64,000 bases of DNA from an uncultured Clostridia bacterium (GCA_944384585.1 CALWTY010000005.1:414-64413); one strand, 5' to 3'. Positions 26,210-36,639 are shown, counted from the stretch's first letter. Numbers and translations: made by a program. The notes: a model not told the origin generated them from the letters alone.

Positions 26210-28093
26210 TCAGGCCGACATCTGCGGTCCGTAGGTAGTATACCAACTATCATACTGCGCGGAAGGAGAATCGGCGTTCTTGGAGTCCACCAGCATCTTA
26301 TAATACTCGTTCTGCTCAAACTCGGTACGGAGCGAACGGATATAATCGCGGATCGTCACCACCTCGCCGTCCTCACCGACATATTCCTCGAAGTCCTCGA
26401 TCCTGGCAAGATACTCCTGGCTGAGTTTGGAAAGCTCGTTCAGGATCGTATCGGTGAAGACACCGGGGCTGTAGGGAGCGTCATATTCAAACTCTTCTTC
26501 CTTGAAGTCGCTGCCCTGCTCCTCCTTGGCGGCCTCCAGCGCGGCCTTATACTCCTCGGCATAGACGTAGGAATCCGTCTTGTAGTTGTCCTCGGTTATG
26601 ATTCTGAAATTGAACATGGCGTAGGGGCTGGTGATGGTATCGCGGAGCTGCTGTTTCCCAAGCGCCCAGTTGTTTTCGGCAAGCTTCAGCATCTGCTCGC
26701 TCATGGTATCGTTGGGCGAGAGGATGAAGAGGTTTCCGGTATCCTCGGGATTCATCGAATAGGAATCGTTGAGGTAGCTGATCATGCCGGTATACTCGTC
26801 AACGACATGATGCACGTTCTCCACCCCGTATTGGAAGGTGTTGCGGAAGGAGGAAACGGTCTGCAGCGCGGTGATGATCTCCATGCAGCGATCGACGTTG
26901 GCGGTAAAGGTGCTGACGCAGAAGATCGTGCCGGGGCGCTCGGAAGCGGAGGCGAAGGGGTTGGCGTAGGGGATGACAAAGTAATCCTCTTCATACTGCT
27001 CCGGGATGGAAGCATTGCCCTTCAGGAAGGCCGCGCCGACCTTTTCGGGATTGCCCTTCTCGTCAACCGGCATGGCATAGTAGTCTCCGACGGTGATATA
27101 GCCGGCTTTTCTGAAGTTATAGAGCTGCTGCCAATAGGTCTGGAAGGCAGAGGTGCCGAGCAGGTTTCTCGGAGTCAGTCTCGAGAAGCCGGTGGTGGTG
27201 TTGTAGATCACGCCGCCGATGAGGGAGGGCTCCTCGGTCAGATAAGCCGCCGAGAAGACCGGCTCATTGTAGAGCGGGATATAATCGGGATGATTGGTCG
27301 CCACGTCGTCCAGGAAGTTTGCAAGAGTGGGGAGCGTCGATACGTCGGCGGCAGAGTAATAATACTTCTGCGCCAGCTCCTTATTCACAAGGAGATAGGT
27401 ATAATCCCCTGCGACGTAATTGTTCGGAACGCCGTATACCGTTCCCTTCGTCACGGTGCCGTCGAGGTTGGCAGTCCCGTCGAGGGAGACCGTCGCCCAG
27501 AGGCCGGCGGAGATGTAACGGTTCAGAATCTTGGAGGAATTGGCAAGAGACTCGCTGAGGGAGCTGAGGTAGCCGGCTTCCTTATACCGGTTGAGATGGG
27601 TCGTGCCCTGCACCATAAAGATATCGAGCTGAGTCTGCGTCTCCTCGGGATAAACGGGCTTGACAACGCCGGAATCCTCGTAGGTCTCGGCATCGGTCTC
27701 GGGAGCGGTGGTTTCGGTCGCGGCGGCGGTGATGCCGGCAGCCTGATTGGCGGCCTGCTGCTGCTTCTTCCGCTTGGCTTCCTCTTCCTCCTCCTTCTTG
27801 ATCCGTTCGATATCGGCGAGTTTGGCGTCGAGCATATCGTAGTATTCATCCTCCGGGTAGAGGTGAAGCACAATGTGTGTATTGAATTTTCCCTCGGTAT
27901 ACTGATTCATCTCGGCCTGTACCTGCTGAATCGCCTCTTCCGTCGTCGATTCGTTGGTAATGCCGTAGAGATTCAGGGTCAGGGGTTTCGTACCGGTATT
28001 GGTTTCCACATCCTCGTCATCCGAGCATCCCGCAAAGGACAGCGGAAGCACGCAGATGACCGCGACAAGAAAGCACAAAAGTTTCTTCTTCAT
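26210..28093 (-). CDS. extracellular solute-binding lipoprotein (large ABC-type SBP), orphan
   Basis: Lipobox LSFAGC after MKKKLLCFLVAVICV. About 627 aa with SBP-like sequence. No permease or ATPase genes adjacent. Confidence 0.78.
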   Translation of the reverse strand: MKKKLLCFLVAVICVLPLSFAGCSDDEDVETNTGTKPLTLNLYGITNESTTEEAIQQVQAEMNQYTEGKFNTHIVLHLYPEDEYYDMLDAKLADIERIKKEEEEEAKRKKQQQAANQAAGITAAATETTAPETDAETYEDSGVVKPVYPEETQTQLDIFMVQGTTHLNRYKEAGYLSSLSESLANSSKILNRYISAGLWATVSLDGTANLDGTVTKGTVYGVPNNYVAGDYTYLLVNKELAQKYYYSAADVSTLPTLANFLDDVATNHPDYIPLYNEPVFSAAYLTEEPSLIGGVIYNTTTGFSRLTPRNLLGTSAFQTYWQQLYNFRKAGYITVGDYYAMPVDEKGNPEKVGAAFLKGNASIPEQYEEDYFVIPYANPFASASERPGTIFCVSTFTANVDRCMEIITALQTVSSFRNTFQYGVENVHHVVDEYTGMISYLNDSYSMNPEDTGNLFILSPNDTMSEQMLKLAENNWALGKQQLRDTITSPYAMFNFRIITEDNYKTDSYVYAEEYKAALEAAKEEQGSDFKEEEFEYDAPYSPGVFTDTILNELSKLSQEYLARIEDFEEYVGEDGEVVTIRDYIRSLRTEFEQNEYYKMLVDSKNADSPSAQYDSWYTTYGPQMSA

Positions 28094-28151
28094 TGGATTC
28101 CTCCTGAAAACGAGCATACAGCTCCGAGTTAGATATAGTATGACACCTTAT

Positions 28152-28180
28152 ATTTTACAACATCGCGGCGCATAAGTCAA
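28152..28180 (-). promoter_or_regulatory. promoter of the large SBP gene
   Basis: TTGACT, 17-nt spacer, TAAAAT on the minus strand, in an AT-rich gap. Confidence 0.6.
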
Positions 28181-28354
28181 GTTCATTTTATTGAACAAAA
28201 CGGCATCGGCAAGGGCTTCGGCTGTGGAAAAACGCCTCGCCCTATGCTATTTCGACAAATATCATTTTGTTCGATTAGCAATAACCGCCAAACTTACCGT
28301 CATTGTTCACAAGATTCTCCCATTAAGTTTAGCACATTATGCCAACGACTTTGT

Positions 28355-29449
28355 TCAGTCGAGATAATCCTTCAGGCGCTTGGAACGGCTGGGATGGCGG
28401 AGCTTGCGGAGCGCCTTGGCCTCGATCTGACGGATACGCTCCCTTGTGATATGGAACTCCTTTCCGACCTCCTCCAGCGTTCTGGCACGGCCGTCCATCA
28501 GTCCGAAGCGGAGCTTCAGAACCTGCTCCTCCCTGGCGGTGAGGGTGTGCAGCACCTCGTTGAGCTGCTCGCTGAGCAGCCGCTGCGCGGCGGCGTCCGC
28601 GGGAGCGGGGGTGGTGTCGTCCTCGATGAAATCCCCGAGATGACTGTCCTCCTCCTCCCCGATCGGCATCTCCAGCGACACGGGATCCTGCGAGATTTTC
28701 ATGATCTCCCGCACCTTCTCGGCGCTCATCCCCATCTGCTCCGCGATCTCCTCGGCGCTGGCCTCTCTTCCGTTCTCCTGGAGAAGCTGCCGCTGAATCC
28801 TTGAGACCTTATGGATGGTCTCCACCATATGAACCGGGATGCGGATGGTTCTCGCCTGATCGGCAATGGCGCGGGTAATGGCCTGCCTGATCCACCAGGT
28901 GGCATAGGTCGAGAATTTATAGCCCTTGCGGTAATCGAACTTATCGACCGCCTTCATCAGGCCGAGATTTCCCTCCTGGATCAGGTCGAGGAAGAACATT
29001 CCCTTGCCGACATAGCGCTTGGCGATGCTGACGACCAGGCGGAGATTGGCTTTGACCAGCTCGTCCTTCGCTTCCCTGTCGCCCTGATTCATGCGCTCCG
29101 CCAGCAGCAGCTCCCGATCGGAGTCGAGCAGCGGCACCATGCCGATCTCCTTCAGATACATTCTGACGGGATCGTCGATGGCCAGTCCCTCCTGCGCCAG
29201 CATCTTTTCCATGTCCTCGGCGCTCTCATATCGCTCGACGTCGTTCTCGATCGCCTCGAACTCCGGAGTGTCAAGATAGCCGGTGATCTCGATTCCCATG
29301 CCCTCCAGGGTGTCATAGAGCTTTTCGATCTGCTCGATATCGTAGTCGACGTCCTCGATCGCCTCCATGATCTCACTGTTGGACAGCGAGCCCTTGGCCT
29401 TGCCTTTTTCGATCAGCTCCCGGACCTCAAATTTCTTTTCCTCGTTCAT
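28355..29449 (-). CDS. rpoD: RNA polymerase primary sigma factor
   Basis: Regions 1.2 to 4.2 are recognisable ([26 protein letters not shown]; [20 protein letters not shown]). Confidence 0.96.
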   Translation of the reverse strand: MNEEKKFEVRELIEKGKAKGSLSNSEIMEAIEDVDYDIEQIEKLYDTLEGMGIEITGYLDTPEFEAIENDVERYESAEDMEKMLAQEGLAIDDPVRMYLKEIGMVPLLDSDRELLLAERMNQGDREAKDELVKANLRLVVSIAKRYVGKGMFFLDLIQEGNLGLMKAVDKFDYRKGYKFSTYATWWIRQAITRAIADQARTIRIPVHMVETIHKVSRIQRQLLQENGREASAEEIAEQMGMSAEKVREIMKISQDPVSLEMPIGEEEDSHLGDFIEDDTTPAPADAAAQRLLSEQLNEVLHTLTAREEQVLKLRFGLMDGRARTLEEVGKEFHITRERIRQIEAKALRKLRHPSRSKRLKDYLD

Positions 29450-31222
29450 TCAAGCACCACCCTCGCCCTGCGGCGACCTTTCGTTTTGTTTCTGTTTTTT
29501 TCGCTTGCCGGCGATCAGCTCCTCCAGCGACAGCGTATCCTTCTCCCGGTTGCGCCGCAGCTTTTCGACGCACTGACGGATCACCGTCAGCCCGTTTTCG
29601 GTAAGATTCTGCCGCAGAACCGTATTTCTGACAATCCGTGCGACCTCGTCGGGCGTAAAACTGTCCCCAATCAGCCCGACGTCGAAGGAGGCGCCGAGCT
29701 CCGTCATCTTTTCATAAACCCTGCGGTTGAAGGCCGTGACGAAGTCGTCCGGCGTCAGCCGTAGCTCCTCCCCCGCCATCTGCGGGATCAGCTCGGGATA
29801 GAGCGCGAGGATCCCGATGATCGCGTCCTCCGCCCCCGCCGCGCCGATATTCTTCAGCCGATCGGGATTGACCCGATCCCCGAAGCCCTCCGTCGAGCGC
29901 AGGATCGCGGCGTCCCGCTCCTTGGACAGGCTTTTTTCCCGTTTGGCCAGCTTGCGCCCGACATCGCCCTTCAGGCTTTCATACGGCAGCTCAAGCGTCT
30001 TGCAGACCTGGCGGATGTAGATATCCTGCTCGACCTGAGATGGGATACCGGCGATCACCTCGGCGGCCTCCGCCGCCGCCTTGACCCGCCCGTCGGGAGT
30101 CGACACATCGTTTTTCTGCAGAATACTGGAAAAGCGGAAATCGAAGCGGCTCCGGCTCCTGTCCAGCAGGCGGGAGAAGCCCTCCTTCCCGAATTTCCTG
30201 ATATATTCGTCGGGGTCCTTGGCGTTTTCCACCTTGAGCAGCCTTGCCTCCATCCCCGCCTCCCCGAGCAGCGCGAAGGCCTTGTCTGCCGCCCGCTGCC
30301 CCGCTTCGTCGGCGTCGTAGGAGATGACGGCGGATTTGGAATATTTCCGCATCAGCCTCGCCTGATCGGGGGTCAGCGCCGTGCCGCAGGAGGCGACGGC
30401 GTTGGTGAAGCCCGCTCCGTGGAGCGACACCACATCCATATATCCCTCGCAGAGGATAATCCGCTCGGCACAGGAAGTCCTGGCGAAATTGAGGGCGAAG
30501 AGATTCCTCCTCTTGTTGAAAACGGGGGTATCGGAGGAGTTGATGTACTTGGACTCGGCAGGATCCTGACCGATCGTCCGTCCGCCGAAGGCGATGATAT
30601 CCCCCCGCACGTCGATGACCGGGAACATGATGCGGTTGCGGAAGATATCGTAGGATCGGTTGTTTTTGCGGCTGACCGAGCAGAGGAAGGCGAGCTGCAT
30701 CTCCTCCTTCGAATAGCCCTTATCCGACAGGAATCGGAAAAGCGCTCCGAAGGAAGCGGGGGCATAGCCGATCCCGAAATGGCGGCAGAGCGCCGCGGAG
30801 AGCCCGCGCTTTGCAATATACTCCTGTGCCTCCCGGCTCTTCTTCAGGCTGTCGAAAAAGAATCTCGCCGCATCGCGGTTCATCGAAAGCACCCGATCCC
30901 GGCTCACACCCGTCTGCCGCTCTCCCTCCTCCGGGATCTCGATGCCGGCGCGCTTTGCCAGATAATGAAGCGCCTCCCTGTAGTCGAGATTCTCGGTCCG
31001 CATGACGAAGCTGATCACGTCGCCGCCCGCGCCGCAGCCGAAGCAGTAAAAAGACTTGGTGCCGGTAAAAACCGTAAAGGAGGGGGATTTTTCGCTGTGA
31101 AAGGGACAAAGCCCGACAAGATTCGAGCCTGCGCGCTTCAGCGTCACATAACCGGAGATGACCTCTTCGATCTCGTTGCGGTATTTGATTTCCTCGATCA
31201 CCTGCTGAGAGATCATCGGCAC
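29450..31222 (-). CDS. dnaG: DNA primase
   Basis: Zinc finger CPFHSEKSPSF..CFGCG plus a TOPRIM region (ILCEGYMDV). Stop codon abuts the rpoD start. Confidence 0.95.
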   Translation of the reverse strand: MPMISQQVIEEIKYRNEIEEVISGYVTLKRAGSNLVGLCPFHSEKSPSFTVFTGTKSFYCFGCGAGGDVISFVMRTENLDYREALHYLAKRAGIEIPEEGERQTGVSRDRVLSMNRDAARFFFDSLKKSREAQEYIAKRGLSAALCRHFGIGYAPASFGALFRFLSDKGYSKEEMQLAFLCSVSRKNNRSYDIFRNRIMFPVIDVRGDIIAFGGRTIGQDPAESKYINSSDTPVFNKRRNLFALNFARTSCAERIILCEGYMDVVSLHGAGFTNAVASCGTALTPDQARLMRKYSKSAVISYDADEAGQRAADKAFALLGEAGMEARLLKVENAKDPDEYIRKFGKEGFSRLLDRSRSRFDFRFSSILQKNDVSTPDGRVKAAAEAAEVIAGIPSQVEQDIYIRQVCKTLELPYESLKGDVGRKLAKREKSLSKERDAAILRSTEGFGDRVNPDRLKNIGAAGAEDAIIGILALYPELIPQMAGEELRLTPDDFVTAFNRRVYEKMTELGASFDVGLIGDSFTPDEVARIVRNTVLRQNLTENGLTVIRQCVEKLRRNREKDTLSLEELIAGKRKKQKQNERSPQGEGGA

Positions 31223-31255
31223 ACCTCCTTTCGGGAGAGGGACCGGAGGGGGTGC

Positions 31256-32242
31256 CTATCCCCTCCAGGGGTCCGGAATGAACAATTGCTTATAGAGATT
31301 GACCGCATAGCGGTCGGTCATGCAGGAGATGTAATCGCAGACCACCCGTCCCACCGTCTCATTCTCAAGGGCGCGGCGATACTCGGCGGGGAGCTTTTCG
31401 GGATGGCTCTCGAAATAACGGAAGAGCATCTCCAGCATGGCTTCCGCCTTGCCCTCCTCCCCCTTGGCGATGGGATTGCGATAGACGTTTTCGAACAGGA
31501 AGGCGTGCAGGCGGTCGGTCATGGCGCGGATTTCCGGCTCCATGGCGATCTCATTTTTTCCCTCGCTGGCGCGGATGATACTCGTCACCATCGTATTGAT
31601 CCGCTCGCCGTGAGTGTCTCCCAGCCCCTGCCGCAGCTCGAAGGGGATATCCTCCGCGGTGAGAATGCCGGCGCGGCAGGCGTCGTCGATGTCGTGGTTG
31701 ATATAGGCAATCCGGTCGGCCTCCCGGATAATCCGTCCCTCCAGCGTGGAAGCACCCCCGACGGTATGCCACAGGATGCCGTCCCGCACCTCGTAGGTAA
31801 GGTTGAGACGTTCGAGGATCTCGACGACGCGGATGCTCTGATGATAGTGGGCGAAGGAGGGGTCGTAGCAGCGGCGAAGCACCCGCTCCCCCGCATGCCC
31901 GAAGGGGGTATGTCCGAGATCATGGCCGAGGGCGATCGCCTCCGCCAGATCCTCGTTCAGCCGCAGCGCCCTGGCGATCGTTCTTGCGATCTGACTGACC
32001 TCCAGCGTATGGGTCAGGCGGGTGCGGTAATGATCGGCCTCGGGAGAGAGGAAGACCTGCGTCTTGTGCATCAGACGGCGGAAGGCCTTGGAATGAATGA
32101 TCCTGTCACGGTCGCGCTGAAACTCCCCCCGCAGATCGCAGGGGTTGATCGGGTAATCCCTGCCCCGCGTATTCTCGGTCAGGAATGCAAATTCCGAGAG
32201 GGTGCTTCTTTCCCTCTCGCGGATCAGATCGCAGACGGTCAT
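31256..32242 (-). CDS. dGTP triphosphohydrolase-like HD-domain protein
   Basis: HSKAFRRL and RLTHTLEV..GHDLGHTPFGH HD motifs. Conserved position upstream of dnaG. Confidence 0.88.
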   Translation of the reverse strand: MTVCDLIRERERSTLSEFAFLTENTRGRDYPINPCDLRGEFQRDRDRIIHSKAFRRLMHKTQVFLSPEADHYRTRLTHTLEVSQIARTIARALRLNEDLAEAIALGHDLGHTPFGHAGERVLRRCYDPSFAHYHQSIRVVEILERLNLTYEVRDGILWHTVGGASTLEGRIIREADRIAYINHDIDDACRAGILTAEDIPFELRQGLGDTHGERINTMVTSIIRASEGKNEIAMEPEIRAMTDRLHAFLFENVYRNPIAKGEEGKAEAMLEMLFRYFESHPEKLPAEYRRALENETVGRVVCDYISCMTDRYAVNLYKQLFIPDPWRG

Positions 32243-32449
32243 AGGCTCGCCTTTCTTGCGCGCCGCCGCAGGCGGCGTCGACGGATACCGATTCGGCGGA
32301 AAACGCCGGAATTCCCGTCCCGCAGGCAGGAATCGCCCCCGCGCCGCCGAACGGGGGGCGTCGGGGAGAACCGGGTCGGGAAGACGGGATCGGATATTAC
32401 TCTACCTATATAATATACGCAAATTTTATCAAAACTCCTCTTTTTCGGC

Positions 32450-33079
32450 TCATGAAAGTTTCCGGCAGTCGAATCTCGTCCCCTTGACGGTGAGAGAAGC
32501 GCGGCCCGCCGTCAGCTCCGTCACCCTGCTCCGAAAGGCTTCCAGCCGCTCCTCCGGCATCGCCAGCGACAGAGTCACCGCCTCGGTATACTCGATCCCG
32601 TCGCAGAGGAGATCGGGGGCGGAGAGGAGCGTCGTCAGCTTCCCGTGATCCTGATAGGAGCAGCGGAGGGTCACCTCGGCAAAGGTATCATAGGTGATGA
32701 TCCCCGCCGCCTCGACCGCCAGCCGCGCCGCTGCAGAATAGGCTCTGACCAGCCCGCCCGCACCGAGCAGAATGCCGCCGAAATAGCGTGTGACCACGAT
32801 CACCGCGTCGCTGAAGCCGCCCTTTCTGATGATGTCCAGCACCGGGATCCCCGCTGTTCCCTGCGGCTCTCCGTCGTCGGAGCATCGTGCCGCAAGCCCG
32901 CCGCCGAGATGATAGGCGTAGACATGATGCCTCGCGTCGGCGTGCTTCTTTTTCACGTCTGCGATGATGGCCAGCGCCTCGTTCTCGTCGTTGACGGGGG
33001 CGGCGTACCCGATAAAGACCGATTTTTTCTCGACGTATTCCGCCTTTCCTTCTTTCGCGAGTGTGATCCGTTCCGCCAT
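32450..33079 (-). CDS. YigZ/IMPACT-family protein
   Basis: KKSVFIGY..HHVYAY..DDGEPQGTAG motif series of UPF0029. Confidence 0.85.
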   Translation of the reverse strand: MAERITLAKEGKAEYVEKKSVFIGYAAPVNDENEALAIIADVKKKHADARHHVYAYHLGGGLAARCSDDGEPQGTAGIPVLDIIRKGGFSDAVIVVTRYFGGILLGAGGLVRAYSAAARLAVEAAGIITYDTFAEVTLRCSYQDHGKLTTLLSAPDLLCDGIEYTEAVTLSLAMPEERLEAFRSRVTELTAGRASLTVKGTRFDCRKLS

Positions 33080-33145
33080 AGCGTCTCCTCCCTCCGCCGC
33101 TCCGTTCTCCCGACAGATCGGCTTTTTTGCGTGATATGCCCTGCT

Positions 33146-35188
33146 TCAGAGCAGGATGTGATAATAATAGACCGGCAGCGCCGACCAGCCGTGGCAGAGG
33201 CTTCCCGCGCCCCCGAAATCGGCAGCGCCCTCGGCGGTCTCCCAGAAGGAGGTCGCCCCCTGCAGCAGCATCGCGCCGTAGACCTCGTCCAGCTCCCGCA
33301 GGATCGGCTCACGGTAGCGCTCGCGGTCATACGCCAGCAGCGCATCGAAGCGGAAGCCCTGCATACTCAGGGTGTCGGGGATGACATACAGCCCGGTATC
33401 CGCCGCGCCGTTTGCCTCCAACACCTTCCGCAGCGTCTCGGTGGGACAGCCCTCGGCAGCCCCGCAAAGCAGGCAAAGGCTGTTGGTCAGCACGCTGTAC
33501 TTCCCCTGCCACCGGTCGGCAAAGGAGTCGAACAGCCCGTTCTTCCGGTCAAAGAAACGGCGGCGCAGGGCATCGTTGAGAGATGCTGCCGCGTCGAGGA
33601 GGCTGTCGGCATCCTCCCGGAAGCCAAGCCGCCTCGCCACGTCGCCGAGCGCCTGAAGCGCCAGCGACAGAAAGGCATTGAGCGGCGCTTCCGTCGAGGA
33701 GACCTGCTCGTTGAAGCGTCCCTGCAGCCCCTCCGACCACTCATAGAAGTTCCAATAACCTCCCTCCCCGCTGAAGCTGTCGATCAGCCCGTTCTCCCGG
33801 CGGCGGTCAAGGAACACCGAAAGCAGCTGCTTGAGCTGCGGATATTTCTCACGCAAAAACGCCTCGTCTCCGCTGTGGAGCAGATATTCCCGCATCTGAA
33901 GAATCCAGATCAGCGAAAAGGAGGGGATCGGAAAATCCAGGCCGCCGGGGAAGCAGATCGACAGCAATCCGTCCTTCCGGAAGCCGTGAGAAATCAGCTC
34001 CAGACAGGCACGGGGGAAGCGATACTCCCCGAAGGCATAGTAGCCGCAGAGCATCTGATTCCGCGAATCCATCGTATAGAGCGCCTGCTCCCTCCAGGGG
34101 CAGTCCTCGTAATGATCGTGCATACAGAGCATGAGCGTCCGCACCCCCGCCTCATAGATGCGGTCGCGGAGGCGATCCCCCGTCGAAAAGGGCAGGATCG
34201 TCAGCGGATAGCTGACCGGGCGAAGGCCGAGATAGGAAACCGTCAGCTCCCTGACGGGGGCGAAGAGCTGGAGATAGCGGCAGCCGAGGCGGCGGAACGC
34301 CCAAAGGCAGCTGCTTTTCCCCGCCGGCACACGGCAGCGGAAGGTGAAGTTCCGGACCGCCGTCCGACAGCGCCCGTCCCCGAGATGCTCCCCCCAGCCG
34401 ATCCCCAGCTCACAGTCCTCCGGAGCCGTCAGCTCCAGCTCCGGGAAGCCAACGCACTCCCGACCGAGGTCGACGATCAGAAACACGCCGTCCTCCCCCT
34501 CCTCCGCCGTCAGCGTCAGCCCCGTCTCCTCCCGCCGGATCGGGCGGGCAGAAAGATAGGCGTTCTGCATCCGCTCCGCCTCCCCCCGGCTGCCCGTCTT
34601 CTCACGGTAGCCGCCCCCGAAGCAGGGGGTGAAGGGCAGTCTTTCCCCAAGGGTTGTTTTTTTCGCGGGACGGGGATAAAACGCCCCGCTCCGTCCCTCC
34701 GTCACACGGCTCGGCGCGTAGGGCGTCTCCTCCGCCGTTCCGTCATAGGAAAAGGTAAAGCCGAGCTGGGAGGTGATGAGGCAGGCCTGATGCTGCCGGT
34801 AGCGGGGAGTGAGGCGCGACGGGACGCGCGGAGAAGAGCAGAGGAGGGGGCGATCGTCCTCGTCAAGACGGAAGATCAGCCCCGCCTCCTTGCGGATGTA
34901 GGTCTGGGAATCGGCGCCGTAATACCAGACGGTGATCAGCAGCTCATTCTCCCCCTCCCGCAGAGCACCGTCGAGGGAGAGGCTGTCATACACCTTGTAG
35001 TCGTGATAATCCGGATACTGTCCGAAGGCGGTCAGCACGCCGTTGCAGTACAGTACATAGTCGGAATCGCAGGAAAGGTACAGGCGGTAACGCCTCCCCG
35101 CCTCGGCATGGAAGACGACGCGGAAATCGGCGTATTCGTCGGGCTCGGCAGGCTTGGAAAGCCATATCCACTCGGAATGCTCAAACAT
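33146..35188 (-). CDS. cytoplasmic six-hairpin glycoside hydrolase, alpha-L-rhamnosidase (GH78)-like
   Basis: 680 aa with no signal peptide. N-terminus EWIWL.., C-terminal SLCHGWSA region. The family call is by eye only. Confidence 0.55.
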   Translation of the reverse strand: MFEHSEWIWLSKPAEPDEYADFRVVFHAEAGRRYRLYLSCDSDYVLYCNGVLTAFGQYPDYHDYKVYDSLSLDGALREGENELLITVWYYGADSQTYIRKEAGLIFRLDEDDRPLLCSSPRVPSRLTPRYRQHQACLITSQLGFTFSYDGTAEETPYAPSRVTEGRSGAFYPRPAKKTTLGERLPFTPCFGGGYREKTGSRGEAERMQNAYLSARPIRREETGLTLTAEEGEDGVFLIVDLGRECVGFPELELTAPEDCELGIGWGEHLGDGRCRTAVRNFTFRCRVPAGKSSCLWAFRRLGCRYLQLFAPVRELTVSYLGLRPVSYPLTILPFSTGDRLRDRIYEAGVRTLMLCMHDHYEDCPWREQALYTMDSRNQMLCGYYAFGEYRFPRACLELISHGFRKDGLLSICFPGGLDFPIPSFSLIWILQMREYLLHSGDEAFLREKYPQLKQLLSVFLDRRRENGLIDSFSGEGGYWNFYEWSEGLQGRFNEQVSSTEAPLNAFLSLALQALGDVARRLGFREDADSLLDAAASLNDALRRRFFDRKNGLFDSFADRWQGKYSVLTNSLCLLCGAAEGCPTETLRKVLEANGAADTGLYVIPDTLSMQGFRFDALLAYDRERYREPILRELDEVYGAMLLQGATSFWETAEGAADFGGAGSLCHGWSALPVYYYHILL

Positions 35189-35310
35189 CGTGTACTCCTT
35201 TCGTTTTCGGGTCGGAACGGATCTTGCGGATCGGAACGATCGGGTATCGGGGCGGGGCGGGAGGCCTGTGCGGGGCTTACCGATACCAAGGGCAGACGCC
35301 CGGGATCACA

Positions 35311-35631
35311 TCAGAGCGCCGGCGGCAGCCACCGAAGCAGCAGCTCGGCGGCAAAGACCGCCGCACAGCCGGAGGCGGCCACGACAACCAGGCTCTTCTC
35401 CCGGAAGGCGAAGAACAGTGCCGTCACCAGCCCTGCGGCGGCGCTGATCACCGAAGAGGTCGAGCCGAGGATCGCGGGGAAGGTCATGGCGGCAAGGCAG
35501 GCGCTCGGCACATAAAACAGGAAAGAGGTTAAAAAGCGGCTTTTGATCTTCTTGCGGAAGACCGTCAGCGGCAGCATCCGGATCAGATAGGTCGTCACCG
35601 CCATGACAAGAATATAAAGATAGATTTTCAC
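35311..35631 (-). CDS. azlD: branched-chain amino acid transport protein AzlD
   Basis: 106-aa hydrophobic protein (KIYLYILVMAVTTYLIRMLP). GTG start in a GTGA overlap with the azlC stop. Confidence 0.75.
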   Translation of the reverse strand: MKIYLYILVMAVTTYLIRMLPLTVFRKKIKSRFLTSFLFYVPSACLAAMTFPAILGSTSSVISAAAGLVTALFFAFREKSLVVVAASGCAAVFAAELLLRWLPPAL

Positions 35632-36506
35632 GGTGCGGCAGCCCCCTTCCGATCCGACGGCCGATCCGCCGCGGCAGGGACGTTTTCCCGATCGGGCGTC
35701 TGACGGCCGTTCTCCCGCCGCTCCGATCCTCCGCCGGGCGTTCCCCCGTTGTCCGGGAGGGAGACTGCCTGTCCCTCCTCCCCGGCTTCCCCGGAGGCAT
35801 CCTCCCCGCGCTCCTCCCCGATCGGGAAGAGCAGCGCGCAGAGGAGGGAGGCGGCAACGGCGCAGATGACGATCGCCATGCCCTCCGACACCTCCCGGAG
35901 TCCCGGAAGCCATCGGAAGGCGCAGGCCAGCGCCGAGGCGGTCAGCACCGAGCAAAGGATCGGCTTGCTCTTTTTTGCCTGCGGCACGAGGATCGCGATA
36001 AACATCCCGTAGAGGGCGACGCTGAGGGAGGTCCTCACGATCTCCGGCAAAAACGTCCCCGCCGCCGCGCCGAGCAGCGTGCCTCCCGTCCAGCCGATCA
36101 TCGGCAGGATCCCGAGCCCCATCATAAAGGGGACAGTCAGAGGCCGGTCGTGCTTCATGGCGAGGGCGAAGATCTCGTCGGTATTGTGAAAGGCGATGAG
36201 AAAGCGGGGGAGCAGTCCGATACGATCTCCCATCCGCTGTCCGAGTGCCAGGCTCATCAGCGCATATCGGCTGTTGATCACGAGCTGCGTCAGCACCATT
36301 TCAAGAAGCGGCGCCGCCGCCGCGATGACCGAAAGCCCCGCGAACTGTCCGGCGCTGGTGAGATTGGTCAGCGAGATCAGCGTCGACTGCAGCACCGAGA
36401 CACCCTTGGTCACCGCCAGCGCGCCGAAGCCGAAGCTGACCGCAAAATATCCGATAAAAACGGGGAGGCTGAGCCTCATGCCCGTCAGATAATCCTTGTA
36501 TTTCAT
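35628..36506 (-). CDS. azlC: AzlC-family branched-chain amino acid exporter subunit
   Basis: LPVFIGYFAVSFGFGALA N-terminus and AzlC-like topology. About 60-aa low-complexity C-terminal tail. Confidence 0.85.
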   Translation of the reverse strand: MKYKDYLTGMRLSLPVFIGYFAVSFGFGALAVTKGVSVLQSTLISLTNLTSAGQFAGLSVIAAAAPLLEMVLTQLVINSRYALMSLALGQRMGDRIGLLPRFLIAFHNTDEIFALAMKHDRPLTVPFMMGLGILPMIGWTGGTLLGAAAGTFLPEIVRTSLSVALYGMFIAILVPQAKKSKPILCSVLTASALACAFRWLPGLREVSEGMAIVICAVAASLLCALLFPIGEERGEDASGEAGEEGQAVSLPDNGGTPGGGSERRENGRQTPDRENVPAAADRPSDRKGAAAP

Positions 36507-36604
36507 GCCGAGATATTGAATCCTTGCTTCCTTCCTTGACGGAAATTGACGGGGCGACCCCGTTGAGACGAAAGAGGGAGGGAGGCGCTTCTGCCGACTC
36601 CCTC

Positions 36605-36636
36605 CCGGAAAAGGCGCGGCGAGCGATCCGCGCCGA
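36605..36636 (-). terminator. rho-independent terminator after the ECF S-component gene
   Basis: Minus strand reads ggcgcgg-N8-ccgcgcc followed by ttttcc, 4 nt after the stop. Confidence 0.65.
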
Positions 36637-36639
36637 CGT

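Noticed and set aside
25088-28132. 1014-aa plus-strand ORF
   Set aside because: Antisense to DUF3737 and the large SBP gene. It crosses two intergenic regions and has no family resemblance.
35189-35310. Short direct repeats (tcggaacgRatc, 2 copies) and an 8-bp inverted repeat (ggtatcgg / ccgatacc) upstream of the GH78-like gene
   Set aside because: The arms are short, with a long GC-rich loop and no U-tract. This is compatible with chance in GC-rich DNA. Not enough to call a regulatory element.
32645-35515. 956-aa plus-strand ORF
   Set aside because: Antisense to yigZ, the GH78-like gene and azlD. Arg/Pro/Ala-rich shadow frame.
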